DNA of 64,000 nucleotides from Tubiluchus corallicola (lineage: Eukaryota; Animalia; Priapulida): the NCBI GenBank assembly GCA_030141605.1, contig JAQGDQ010000030.1, forward strand, positions 124,001 through 188,000, read 5' to 3'. This document shows, in pieces, positions 24,966 to 37,108 of this stretch. Below the pieces are notes generated by a model. That model saw nothing but the letters and a program-made list of their open reading frames with translations, searched no databases and had not been told where the DNA came from. The translations under genes and the position numbers were made by a program. Numbering within the stretch: the first letter of the stretch is position 1; every line of letters begins with the position of its first letter.

Positions 24966-27900
24966 TAGTTAATTTACACGTGTATGCCTATCAGTGAGTG
25001 TACTTAGAGGAACTCAAAAATTTACTACTTACGTTGATTTTACTTCGCGCCATATTGTTAAAATGTTAAAAAATAATGCAAAGTTTTTTAATAAACATCA
25101 TCGAACGTTTGTAAAAAGACATTTTCCATTGTATTCTATCTGTACTTGCACAGCTTTTTTGAATAATTTCTAGCCTACTATCCGTAAATTGTATTTACCA
25201 GTGTGCTCAACAAATAATAAGCATTTACGGTTTTCTATTTGCTGTAGTTTGTTATGTTTTATGCAATATTATAGGCGTGCTGTACTGTTTGTAAGTTTGC
25301 ATAAAGTTTTAGCAAAACTAGGGAACCTTATTCAAATAGTATAAATGTTCACACTGATTTTCTGCATTCTTCGCATTTTGGGTCATTTTGGGCTAACGAA
25401 AGTTGTTTGTACCTCTTCCCTTATATCTTCAGGGAAAGAAATTAAAAAGGAGAAAGCAGATCAAGTAAAACGGTTAAAACCATGCGAAAATGTTTCAGTC
25501 ACACAGCGTAGAATGTTGCAAAAATATCCGAAGACGGGTAGAACTATAATTGTGAATTGTTCGAAAACATGTAAATATCTCGTAAATGTCTGAATTCTAA
25601 AGACACATAGAACAAGATAAAAATCATTAAAGATGTGTCAGATATGGGAATAGGGTGTAAGAATTAACGTGAAGACGTGAAACGTGAAAAACCGTATAAA
25701 GAGGTCTTTAATCGGACTTTCAACATATTGAGTGAAGCCATATTGACAGCTTTTTTGGTAAATGTCAGTTATTTTTGTTTTGCAATTTTTTTTTAAATTT
25801 CAGGTAGAGGTCAGGTAAAGATTCAAATTATGTAACAGTTGCGTTATTGTTGTTCAAATAGCTGCCAATTGACTTCTTTGCTGGTGTTGCTTTTAGTTTT
25901 CTCGAAATTTCAGCGCAAATGTGTTATCATCATCAATCCATTTAGATTAAAATAACATTTAGAAAGACTTCCTCGAGTAGAGTGACTTGTGGCTGGCACT
26001 AAATCTTTGACTTGAACATGAAAGAACTTGACGATCTTTTAAATCATTTACAGAGTAAAAGAGTAAATCGTGTAGGATCTCTTAGTCAGCTGCATATTTT
26101 CAAATAGTTCACAACATTTCAGAAAGAAAAAGTTATGTGCTTTCAACTTTGACTTGCAATTTGCTGTTGTAGTTAATTAAATATGTTTTTATAACTCACT
26201 ATTTGTGTCTTTGTAGATTAATAACGTTTCACGTTGAATCAGATGTCTTGAATTCGAGTCTAAGCTGTTTTTTGCAATCTCTTATTTTTCGCGATGCCTA
26301 TAAGAACCCTAAAAAATTTCGATTGTAATTTCGCGCTATTCTCTGTGTACCCAAATTTAGGGTTCCTCATCAACAGTGGGTCACAGAAACACACCAGTGC
26401 CCCCCCCCCCAAGTAAACTTACAGTTTACGTACTTATATTTTTGACGCCGTGCGCGTTTGAAGTTATTTCTAGTCCGCTAAACTAACTGTAATCGGAACC
26501 GTTTCGTCTAATCACAATAAACATAATATACAAGTTGGAAGATTCCTTCTGGGCTTATTAATGTTCTTGATTTCGTTTTTAAGATATGGCAAGGATTTAC
26601 TAAAGCTTGAATTTTTACTATTTTTTGCGAAAACTGGCCAGCAAATTCATTTTTTCAACTTAAATCTGAAAAGATGTAAAATCAGTTGGTGGTTAAACGT
26701 ACAATTCCTCGAATAGTGAAACTCTTGCTGTTGTCAATACTAGCACTAACTTGCGCTGAAACCTAAACAAATATGTGAACTTTGACATAGAGAAGCAGAG
26801 GTGCAAGTACTAGGAACTTACGCGTTATGAAATCTTGCTAGCCTGCTCAAGAAGATTGTGAAAGATGAGTCACTAAACCGTAGAAAAATTGATGAATTAA
26901 TTTATAATTGATAAAAATTAAAAGAAAAATAATTTACACCATGTCTGAACTATGCAGTTTACTGTGTCCGCATTCACGGATTCATTCTATATTCGTTCGT
27001 TAGTTTTTCTAGTTTCCATTTTCTAGTTTTTTATGTTCTCTACAAAAATTACGCGAAGTCGTTTTTCCTTTTCACTAATATTGGAGTTAATCTTGTTAAT
27101 AATGAAAAACGCATTGAACTTCACAATGAAATCTGTTATATTAAGCTAGTGTTATATTGAAATCCAGAATGTTCAAATTCCTAGATGCATTGTTTTATAG
27201 TTGTTGCGTTTAGTTTATTTCTAAGCGCTTAAAGACATCTAAACGATATTCATCAGGTAGAATTCAAGGTCAGCTACTGCCCACAGCTTACAGTGCTTGC
27301 TAACTGGGTAAATAACGCATTTAGTGCTAAGAAAAGCTGGTAAACGTACGCTACACGCCCTCCGCCTTGCTTGGGGGCAAAATAGGTTTTAGTTTTGTTT
27401 GACCCTGTCACTGTATCTGCTTAATGCTTGCATTCCAGCGTTCGTGACTACGGAGAAAATTAGCTTCCTGTTTTGTTTGGCCGTCTTCCTCTTGTGAGCA
27501 GTTCTCACAGTTTTTGACTCTCAGCAAAATCGCATTTTAATTGATTTTTGTTCGCTTACTCGTTTTTGTTTATTTAGTTGCTTGGCGTGGTTTAACAGTT
27601 GTTCACAAATCCCCAAATCCACACATCATAGGAACGTCTTTTTGTGAACTTACTGAACTAACGGGAATTACTACACAGGTTTAGAAAGCTTCGTCTTTGA
27701 ATATGTATAGTGCTTTGAAAAGGCTACGTCTGTAGGTTTGCCATACTGGTCTAGTTATCCACTGTTGCCGGCGATGTTTCGCTTTCAGTCCTGTCCTTAA
27801 CTAAAGAAATGGCTCCGTATTACAGCTCATGGTTTATAGGGCTTGGCACACTCAGCAAGAATTTATTCTTCGTTAATACTCCTGATTTTTCGTTTAAAAT

Positions 27901-28573
27901 CATTGACATGTTTAAATAATAAGCGTATTTAATTAACTAGTGATGGAGGGAGTGTGGCACTGCAGTATATATTAGCTGAAGGTGTGGATTATAAAGTGTA
28001 AGACAAATGTTTTACAAATTAAGAAAACAAACATTTACTGCAGATTTGTTTATTGATTGCCGCATTTTTCATTTTTATCAACTTTTTTGAGGTACGAAAA
28101 TGACTGCCCGGTTGCCTGTGCGTCAGTTTTATGTTCTTGCAATGTTCTGTCAAAGCCAGAAGTCTTTCAGGGCGAATATTTTTTGCCGTTTCGCTATTAT
28201 GCTGCGTTCAAATTTGCTTTCAGTTACCTACGTCGACAGCCTATCTGCAAATTACCATTTTCAAAAAAATCCGAGGTGTCTGCACCTGCAAACATTAAGA
28301 TTTTTAACTTGTAATTCATGGGAAAATCAAAAGAAAGGTTAGTACTTTTAAGTATTATTAAAATAAGTTAATATCCCATAATAATGAAAATTTTAAAAAT
28401 TAGGTCTTTTAGCTACACACTATAAGTAGTAGTTATCACATATATTGTTGATTGTGGCTGGTGGATGACTGAAATGTTGCTTCCTTTAGTAAAAAAATTC
28501 TTTTTTATTGTGAGATATTAAATTTTATTGTTAAAAAAGAGTTTGTTGTTTTCGGAAATATGTTATCGCTAAT

Positions 28574-29078
28574 AACAAGTTCGGCTCAAGCTATAGGTCG
28601 AGGGACTCATTAAATTCGAGAGTGTGGATAAAAAATCTGGCTCTGCGAATTTGTTGTAGTATGAATTCGTTCACACGTTTCGGTTTATGTTTACGTTTTT
28701 TGGGTTTTTTTTAAACGACATCAGAAATGGCACCATATTGAATTCACGATGGCAACTCGAAAGTTAGACTCTGTCAATGCAGAATTCATTCTGGATGTTC
28801 CTATAAAGTTTCGTGACGCTCCATTGCGATCTTTGGAGCCGTACTCTTTTTTGAAAGCTATATTATCGCTGCTGTCTTGCATTCGAAATGGATGATCGAA
28901 AAATTTGACTCCGTCAGTCGATGCAGAATTCGTTCTGGTATATTCCTATTAAGTTTCATGACAATCCATTGTGAATTCAATGAGCCTTGAGCTTTTTTTT
29001 CAAAAAGTCATCTCCCAAGATCAACAGAAACGACATCCTAACAACTACAGTGTTTGGGTCGACTCCCTCGACCAAAAA
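28574..29078. mobile_element. Helentron-associated (HINE/DINE-1-like) non-autonomous element
   Basis: Starts AACAAG...GCTATAGGTCGAGGGACTC. 3' stem-loop GGTCGA-CTCCC-TCGACC then AAAAA; subterminal inverted repeat matches 12/13. Two internal ~140-bp units (28767, 28907). Confidence 0.65.
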
Positions 29079-29155
29079 TAATAGCTATATGTGTAGTATC
29101 ACTTTGTGCTTTGGGCAGATTTTGATTTTGGCATAGTTTAAATTAATTTTTTGTT

Positions 29156-29183
29156 AAATGCCTACCAAAAGATAGTTCCTATG

Positions 29184-29231
<48 letters not shown>

Positions 29232-29251
29232 CTATCTTTTGGTAAGCATTT
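29156..29251. repeat. (TA)n microsatellite enclosed by a 20-bp inverted repeat
   Basis: AAATGCCTACCAAAAGATAG ... (TA)n ... CTATCTTTTGGTAAGCATTT. Confidence 0.9.
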
Positions 29252-29459
29252 CAGCCGATAAGTTTGGCTATGTGAGTTTTACGCGCTCTTAAATAATTTA
29301 CGAGGATGTCGTAAAATCGTTTGAACTTCGCAAATGAACTTCATACATTATTTTATTATCACCACTGACTTCTGGCGCCTTCGACAGTTTTATTGTGTTA
29401 ACTATGGTAATGTCAGCTTAACTTTAATCATTTTTTCACAAGCTGTTTTTATTAGTCAA

Positions 29460-29658
29460 ATTAGGCTCACTATTTTTGAAATGACTAAAAAACAATGCAT
29501 GTAACAGGAAGAGCTAGTGGCGCGAACGCAAAATTACGTTTCTGTGGTAATAATTCTGTTACGTAAGTCATTCTTGAAAAAGTATGTTCGTTTTCAGTAT
29601 TCTATAGATTAGATTGTTTCGAGCTATAGTTTAAGAAGGGGTCCTGTTTTCCTTTCAA
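29460..29658. mobile_element. Terminal fragment of the Kolobok-like family
   Basis: GAGCTATAGTTTAAGAAGGGGTCCTGTTTTCCTTT resembles 6655-6690. Confidence 0.45.
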
Positions 29659-32077
29659 TTAGAGATTTTATACAGCGTTACTGCTAACTCAAGCCCTGCG
29701 TGCAATAAAACAGCATGCAAGTGATATAAAATTTCAAGACGAATTTTTAAGCTTTATTTATCAAGAGTGTTTTCTTGTTGTTTACCGATCAGAAAAGTAG
29801 TTCTAGTGTTGTTTTTCCGACAACGTAAATGCAAATGAGGTGAACACAACAATGTAACAACCCAGCAATGTAACGCAAGTGATTTTTATCAGAGGAATTC
29901 CATCTCTACACAAGAAAGTTCTAGTGAATCAATGAATCATCGCTGCCTGCGTCTGACTGATTAGTAAGTTAGTAGGGCCAATTTATTATATCGTTATTTT
30001 GTGAATAGGGCTTCTTCGTAAAAACGAATCCAGCAAACAAAATTTCAGCTCTTACAAGGCCTGGAAAGACGTCGTTAACAATAAAACAGATGTCAAAAGA
30101 TCAGCGTCATTAAAATGAAACCGTTAAACGAGGTTTCGTTAAGTGTTTGTTACTAATGAACAATGAATTGAGATTTAAAAGGATACTTTTCAGTAAGCAA
30201 TATTGGGCTTAGACCTCTTCATAAATTAATATAAGTTTTTTTTAACTAATTTTAATGCACGCATTCTGCAGCTAAAGTTATATTATGAATCTATGACCTT
30301 TTAGTACTAGACGTATTTAGACTTGTTAAAATTATTGTTTGAATGCCTTTGAATTCACATACACTTGTAATTCTAAATAAAACTTTGTAAGTAAATTTCC
30401 TGACCAGTGGAAGCACTGGATTAGGCGCTTGGGAACTCAGGCTAACCGCGGCGGAGTGATATGCTGGAATAAACCATTTACCTTGAGGTGAGCCCTTGTT
30501 TTTAGCACTAACTGATACCAGCGGCTGCGTACTTCCAGGCAGCTGGTAACTTAACTAAAATAATTGAACGACAGGAAAATTGACAAAGCTGTTTCTGATT
30601 AGGCACATTAAACCACAAAGGCCATTTAAACCTTTAATGTTTGTAACACGTGAAGGTATGTCGGCAAAAATGTCTTTTCGTTGACGTCATACGTATCGTT
30701 TTGTGTGATAAATTTGCCTTCAATGTTCATGATAAATTGGTTGAATTGGTTGTAATTTTAGAAAATGACGTTTATTTGCCCAGTTCTTGTTTCACTTCTG
30801 TTTTGCTATTGTACCCGAATTGTGGGCACATATATGTTCGTGTTGTTAGGAGTTGAGAATACCTATTTTTGCAACAGTCCTGTAAAAAATATTCAGTTGA
30901 AATTGAGTGAATTAAGATTCCTTTTTGTACGGTTTAATACACTTTGAATACATTTCTCTAACTAGATCCAATATTATACTGCACAAGAGAAAATTTGCTG
31001 TATTTTCATTTTCAGGTAAGTGATTTTTGTTGGACGCTTTTCTACTGCCGCATTGCAAGAGTTGCATTCATTTACTAATCCTGTATTAAAAATTCAAAAT
31101 GCGTCCCAAAGAACATTTGCGCCAAAGACATCATACCAGTACAATGCTGGACAAATATCTGCTCATAATAGACGCATTTGCTTTACACCTAATCGTTCTT
31201 TTCTGATTAAAAAGCAAACCTGTTGAAGCATTGAATAGTTATTGTACCAGCATTCAGTTTTTCGTAAAGAAATAGCTGGCGGCAATGCGTGCTCTAACAT
31301 AAAGGCCAGGGTTAACTCTTTACCAGGTCTATTATCAAACATAATCAGCTGCCTAGTGCCTAACGTTTTACAAGATGGATGGACTTTTAATAATGCCAAT
31401 ACATCGCCTCTTTTCTATAATTCTCCTCATGAACCGCGTGTTCAATACATGCGTAGACATTTTTCGCCTTTAATGGGCAGTTACATGGATTTTATAGAGA
31501 ACTGGCATAGTCTGCGATATAATTTAGTCAAGTTCAAGGTAATGAAAATTTTTAAAATTTGGTGATTAAAGTTTTATTAACCTAGCAAGGGTTTTAAAAA
31601 CTTGCGTGCTGTCTCTTTTACACGCATGCCTAACTAAACTTTAGTAAAATAATGCAGTTTGCATTAAGTTGCATTTTAGTTTGCATTAAGTTCTTCTTTT
31701 TTTGAAACTCTCAATGTTGGAATTATATCGATCTGTCGAAACTAGTTGCAGACAAAATTTCGCGTATATACAGAGCATTTCAGGTAATATCAGGAAATGA
31801 TAGACCCGCTATACTTGAAAGTTATCATAAATAGATAAAACCGTGTTTTTTATTATTGTAATCATTTTAAAATTTCTTTTTAATTCTTTCCACTACTTAT
31901 TGTTAGAACTCAAAAATCAACGAAATTTTGAAGAAGTGGAAGAGTCATGACGCCATTTCCCTTGAGAAACCAATATGAATCTTAACCCTTTTTCTATTCT
32001 TTTCGGCTGCTGTACACTTTGCAGCAGTCATTTACTAACATATTTTAAACAATAAATGAAATGATTTCTTATTAAAT

Positions 32078-32238
<161 letters not shown>

Positions 32239-35100
32239 TCACGTTTATATCATCAGTACATGACAAGTACCATAAAACTGTAAATAAAACTAAATTAAAA
32301 TCACTGTGTAAAAAATATAACTACAAGACAAATAAAGAACAGAATCTTAGTAAGCTAAAATATTTAAAAAATGGGTTAAATATAAACACAATGTTTATTT
32401 ATAGCAAACTAATAATTTTCTTGTCAACACAAAAAAATTAAAGTTATGGTGCTGATGTAGAAGTATGTCATCATGTAAATATTCATGTTCATATTCATAT
32501 TCAGTAATAAAGCTCCTTCCTTTGTTTTATCTTTCTGTTGCAAATTATAATATGACATGCTAATACTAAACGCCCACATTAGCTGCTGTGCGACCGTGAA
32601 TCAAAAGGTTTTTGAACCAAGGAAAATGTTTTTTACCCACCCTGTATGAATTATAGCGCCTTCTATATTATGAGCAGCTGGTTTTAATCTCAATACGTGT
32701 TGCATGTAATGTCAGGGATGTGCCTTGGACTAAATTTAGGCGTTTATGACTTTGTATATCTCTAGCAAATATGTGCCAGTGAGAGTTTTAAATTTTACTG
32801 ATCTTTGACAACTATTAGTTATTGACAAGTACCAACAGCACACGGGCTTCATTAAGATACCTCTCGCTAACTTTTGGCTTCATTTACACAGCGCTCCCTT
32901 TTATTTAGCACAAACTACTTAGGGCTCTTGCTATTTTCTGTCTGAATTCATCATACTCTTATAAAAGATTACTAAATGAGTGTATGCGTGCGTGCGTGTG
33001 TGCATGCATGTATGTATGCATATGGATGTTTCTCTCTATTTATTCACGCCTCGGCTATTCATTTCAATTCAGCTCAATTTTATTTTCTCAATAATAGTTA
33101 AAAATTTGACATGATTATTTGCCAATTTCATTGAAACTGAGAAGGAGCAGCGAAAGCACTTGATCAGCTGTCCCTTATTAAAAATACAAGTTTACTTACA
33201 GGTCTAGGAAATTTTTTAGGTGATTATTATATAAAAACAATTACAGTATTAAAAATGAATTTGGTATTAGAGTATATACTGAGTAACAGAAATAGTATTG
33301 TGTACGTTTAATCACTTATTCTATTCAGCTTTTTAAAGAGTGGAAAAATAGTAAACGACAATTACTTGCAAACTGAGTACAAGCTTACATTTTGATGACA
33401 CGACTGACTACTTGGCCGCTATTCTTGGAAGAGTCCAAACATTATAATAACGAGCGGGTGACCGTTTAAAATGAACAAATTAAAACGTTTTCGTTCTGTA
33501 CGTCAAGCAATATTTAAAAATGTCAAATCCCTCTAACAGATGGCATGCCTCGCCTGACTGGCTTGCACCCAAGTGATTTTTGTGTAATTCGAATTGGGCC
33601 CCGCGTGGAGCAGTCACGCATCTAGTTTTTGTACATGTGCAACCCACAAGAAACTCTTGGCATAATGATATATAAAATTACCTGTAATGTTTTGTTTTAA
33701 CATTTTTCTCAAATGGAACAGTTTGAACAAAACAAGTGTAGCATTTATGGGGATAGTGTATCTGTGCCATAATGTATTTGCGCCTTTAGGGACTTTAGAC
33801 TTCATGACATGATGTCACTTTCCGAATTATAGCATACAAAACCAAAATGAAAATGAAAACTCTAACAGTATCTTAATATTCGTAACTACATCATGCTGCC
33901 ACCTCTTACCAGAATTCGTGCGTTATTGAGAAAGAGTGCAACTTTAAAAATTTGCCTGAAGATAAAAATGAAACTGATGCGTGTTCATTAACTGCTAATA
34001 ACGGCTTCTCCCTCGGTGATTTTGTACAGGAGTCACGAGAATTTTTTGTTTTATGGCCTGTGCAGCAGGCTGTAAAAGCGTTACTGTACCAGCAAACACA
34101 TGCGGGTTCCTGAGGCAGACCCTTACACGGCTGTCAGAGTCATGCAACCTAGGAATGCGTGTTGTCCAAGTGAATTAGTAGAAGCCTTTCGGCAAAAAGT
34201 TTTCATCTCTTCAAATGAGAACCACATGTATGAAGCCCGAGTCTCAATGTAAAGGTACTAGTGCCGTGTGGATGGTTCATTGCTTTTGGTTTGGTTAGTC
34301 GGCTGGTGTACTAATCACGGTGTATGTGACGTTGTGTGCGTATCATCAAGTGATTCTTACAAGTGCTTTGTAGCTTGTACATTGTAATTACTTTCATTCG
34401 TGTAGTGCTTAGTTGGGGGACACAGTTTGTGAATGACAGATAGGTTTTGCTAAGCAACAGTGCAGTGTATCTGGACCGTGGATAATGCAAATAATAGGGC
34501 CAACAAACAATAAGTTTTGATTCAAACGTAGTTATTAATAATATTCTAATGAATGTATTTAGTTGCATTAACAAACTAAGTCCGCCTTGGCAGTGAATTT
34601 ACCCAAGCCAATGAAATAGTATACAACATTGTGTAGAGTAAGATTTTAGATTATGAACTTGAATTTCTTAGGTTTATTGACCATACATGTATGTCCAGTA
34701 GTTTGCTTGCTTTGACATCGACTGACCAAACGCACAGATAGTATTTCTGGTACCTGCTGCGCAGAAATGTAGTGTCTGCGCCGAATTCGACATAATTTCA
34801 CAACAGTGGTTAGTATATGAAGACGGTCTACTGCCATTCAACAATTCTAGTGTTTAAGAAGTCTAAAAGTTTTAATTAATTTTCTTGTTTCTTAACAATT
34901 ACATTAGTTAGCTAAATGTTTAAAAGTATTGTAGTGTCTACTAATTCAGTTTCGTAGATGATGCATGAAACTGGGGAAAAATAGTGGGTATTAAAGTATT
35001 TAAGTGTTATGCAGGTCGATATGAATGTACCTATGAAGATAACCTAGGTTAAATATTGGTGTATCAACTAGTACATTTAATAAAACTTTCTTCCATCCAG

Positions 35101-35280
35101 CTGTGTATTATCATCAATCATAATTACGATGACCATCAGGATGCAGTAGCATCAAAGCGTCGCTAGTGTGCGAGTTGTGCTGCCCCACATCTGCTGATGT
35201 TTGTACGCAGCTACTTGGAGAGCCAGTATGAGGTACCTCTCTCCAGAGCATCTTCACGGCGATCCTCCGTTGCTTCTTCG
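35101..35280 (+). CDS. Candidate alternative exon of the PDZ gene (ATG 35197: MFVRSYLESQYEVPLSRASSRRSSVASS; in-frame TAG at 35164)
   Basis: Acceptor tttcttccatccag|, donor TCG|gtaaga, 180 nt; phase 0 matches exon 2. Confidence 0.55.
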
Positions 35281-36466
35281 GTAAGATACCATCTGAATCC
35301 ATTCTTGATTAGAAGTGGATTTTCTTACATATTTAATTCATTGGCTTTAGACGATTACAGCTATGTAGCAGTCACACGCCTAAATACAGTAACATGTGCA
35401 TCAATCGGTTGGCCAATTATATTTTTTCTTCCTATGTATTTTCTTTGGTTTACGATATATGAAATTGTTACTTTGGCAAAAAGTTATTTCTCTTTATGCT
35501 TTCTTCTCGCTGTCTGTTAGATGTGTCACACAAACTGTCATTTTAGCGCTGACATGTATGTACTCGGCATTCGGCAGTGTACCCGCGAGATATAAAAAAT
35601 AATAAAAAAAATCACAGCAGACTTAGAGAAGCCACGGGCGCAAATTAGGTAATAGACTCGCGTTTACCGCGTTTTACAGAAATGGGGCTTTTTAAACCTG
35701 TCTTCTTGATATCTGGGTCGGTCTGCTTTGTAAAGGTAGTTCATCATCAATTAAAAACTTCTATGACTGGGCCGTACTGACTGATTCAATCCTATCTGCT
35801 TGGTAATCTCGACCAATCTCGATGCATCATCTCGACAGCTATATTAAACTAAACATTGTTCCTCTAAAATGCTTGTACCACGTCAGTTTTCAGAAAGGAA
35901 ATAGAGCCGGCGTATTTTCAATGAGCATTGCGCGTTAAGCTTAGCAATGTTGTGTGTGTCTGCAGTTTCACCATCCTGGTGTATTAGATGATTGGGTATC
36001 TATAAGCTTGAGAATGACCATTAAGTACCCTTTCCTGAATACAAGTTATTAGTCGGTTTATTAGGCGTTACATTAGTGATATGGGTTGGGCTATAGCCGC
36101 TGATGCAACGATCCATTTTATTTATATAACTGTAGCTCCACACGTTCAGTAGCTTGTCTTGCGCCTTATTTATAATGGCATTAGTGGGTAAACATTATAA
36201 TAAATTAATGTGTACAAATGCAGGCAGAATGGTAAATATTTACACCATGGCGATTAGAAAGAGGATGTTAAACAATCTAAATTAAAGCTGACAAGTTTTG
36301 CCTAAACAGAACATTCCTGTTCTGAACGCCTTGCCTTATTTATTTGAAAAGTTGTGAACAGTGCAAAACTTAGATTTTAGTTTCTATTTAGACAATAGAT
36401 ATTTCTATTTAGATATATTTACTGTAAAATAGCACATTCACGGATATGGAGGTAATGACTGTAGTG

Positions 36467-36763
36467 CAGTGGTTCCCAAAGTAGGGGTAAATTACCCCCC
36501 GGGGGTAATATGGTTTTTTTTTTGGGGGGGGTAACGGGCACCCCTCTGAAAATTTTTAAAACTTCGCTCGGAATGCATTTTTCTTCTTGAAAACGACAAC
36601 ACCTGTAAATTTATTTATGTCACGAGCAAACATAATTTTGCTTGCTTGTGGCATATACGTGTGTTTACTTTTTGAGTTGGAGAAGTAGTACTAGGTGGGG
36701 GGTAATGGACACGACCGGGTTTCCCGATTTGGGTAACGGTCCGAGAAAGTTTGGAAACCACTG
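36467..36763. mobile_element. hAT (Charlie-like) MITE, 297 bp
   Basis: TIRs CAGTGGTTCCCAAA / TTTGGAAACCACTG; perfect 8-bp TSD CTGTAGTG (36459-36466, 36764-36771). Confidence 0.93.
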
Positions 36764-36923
36764 CTGTAGTGGATGGCCGAGATGCAGAGAGTGACCATGA
36801 TGTTCACCTTACAAATGTGGTCGCATGAATATTGGCTTTAGAACTGGTTTAATCTCACGTCATTATAGCCATTATTTGTCACTCTTGAAATAGGTTATTT
36901 CTATTAAATTTTCGAATCCATAT

Positions 36924-37108
36924 AAAGTCACAGGTAAAAAATCACAAGAAAAAAGCCACAGAAAAAAATAGCCCTAACTCTAACTTAATCATAACCCTAA
37001 CACTAACCCTAGCCAAAATTATTTGTGACCTTTTTCCTGTAACTTTTTCCTTCGCGAAAATTGTGACTCTTCCGTGACTTTTTTCCTGTGGCTTTCTAAC
37101 CGGTCACC
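36924..37108. mobile_element. Small foldback-type element fragment with a CCCTAA-like core
   Basis: AAAGTCACAG/AAAGCCACAG repeats on the left, GTGACTTTTT/CTGTGGCTTT on the right, CCCTAACACTAACCCTA in the centre. Confidence 0.55.

Noticed and set aside
25433-25537. Exon-like Lys/Glu-rich segment after a strong acceptor
   Set aside because: The reading shown in the ORF track is phase 1, but this intron is phase 0, where it stops after 11 codons; the donor is weak.
31020-31565. Overlapping 68-107 aa ORFs in intron 1
   Set aside because: No recognisable domain or compatible splice sites; probably a decayed TE or chance.
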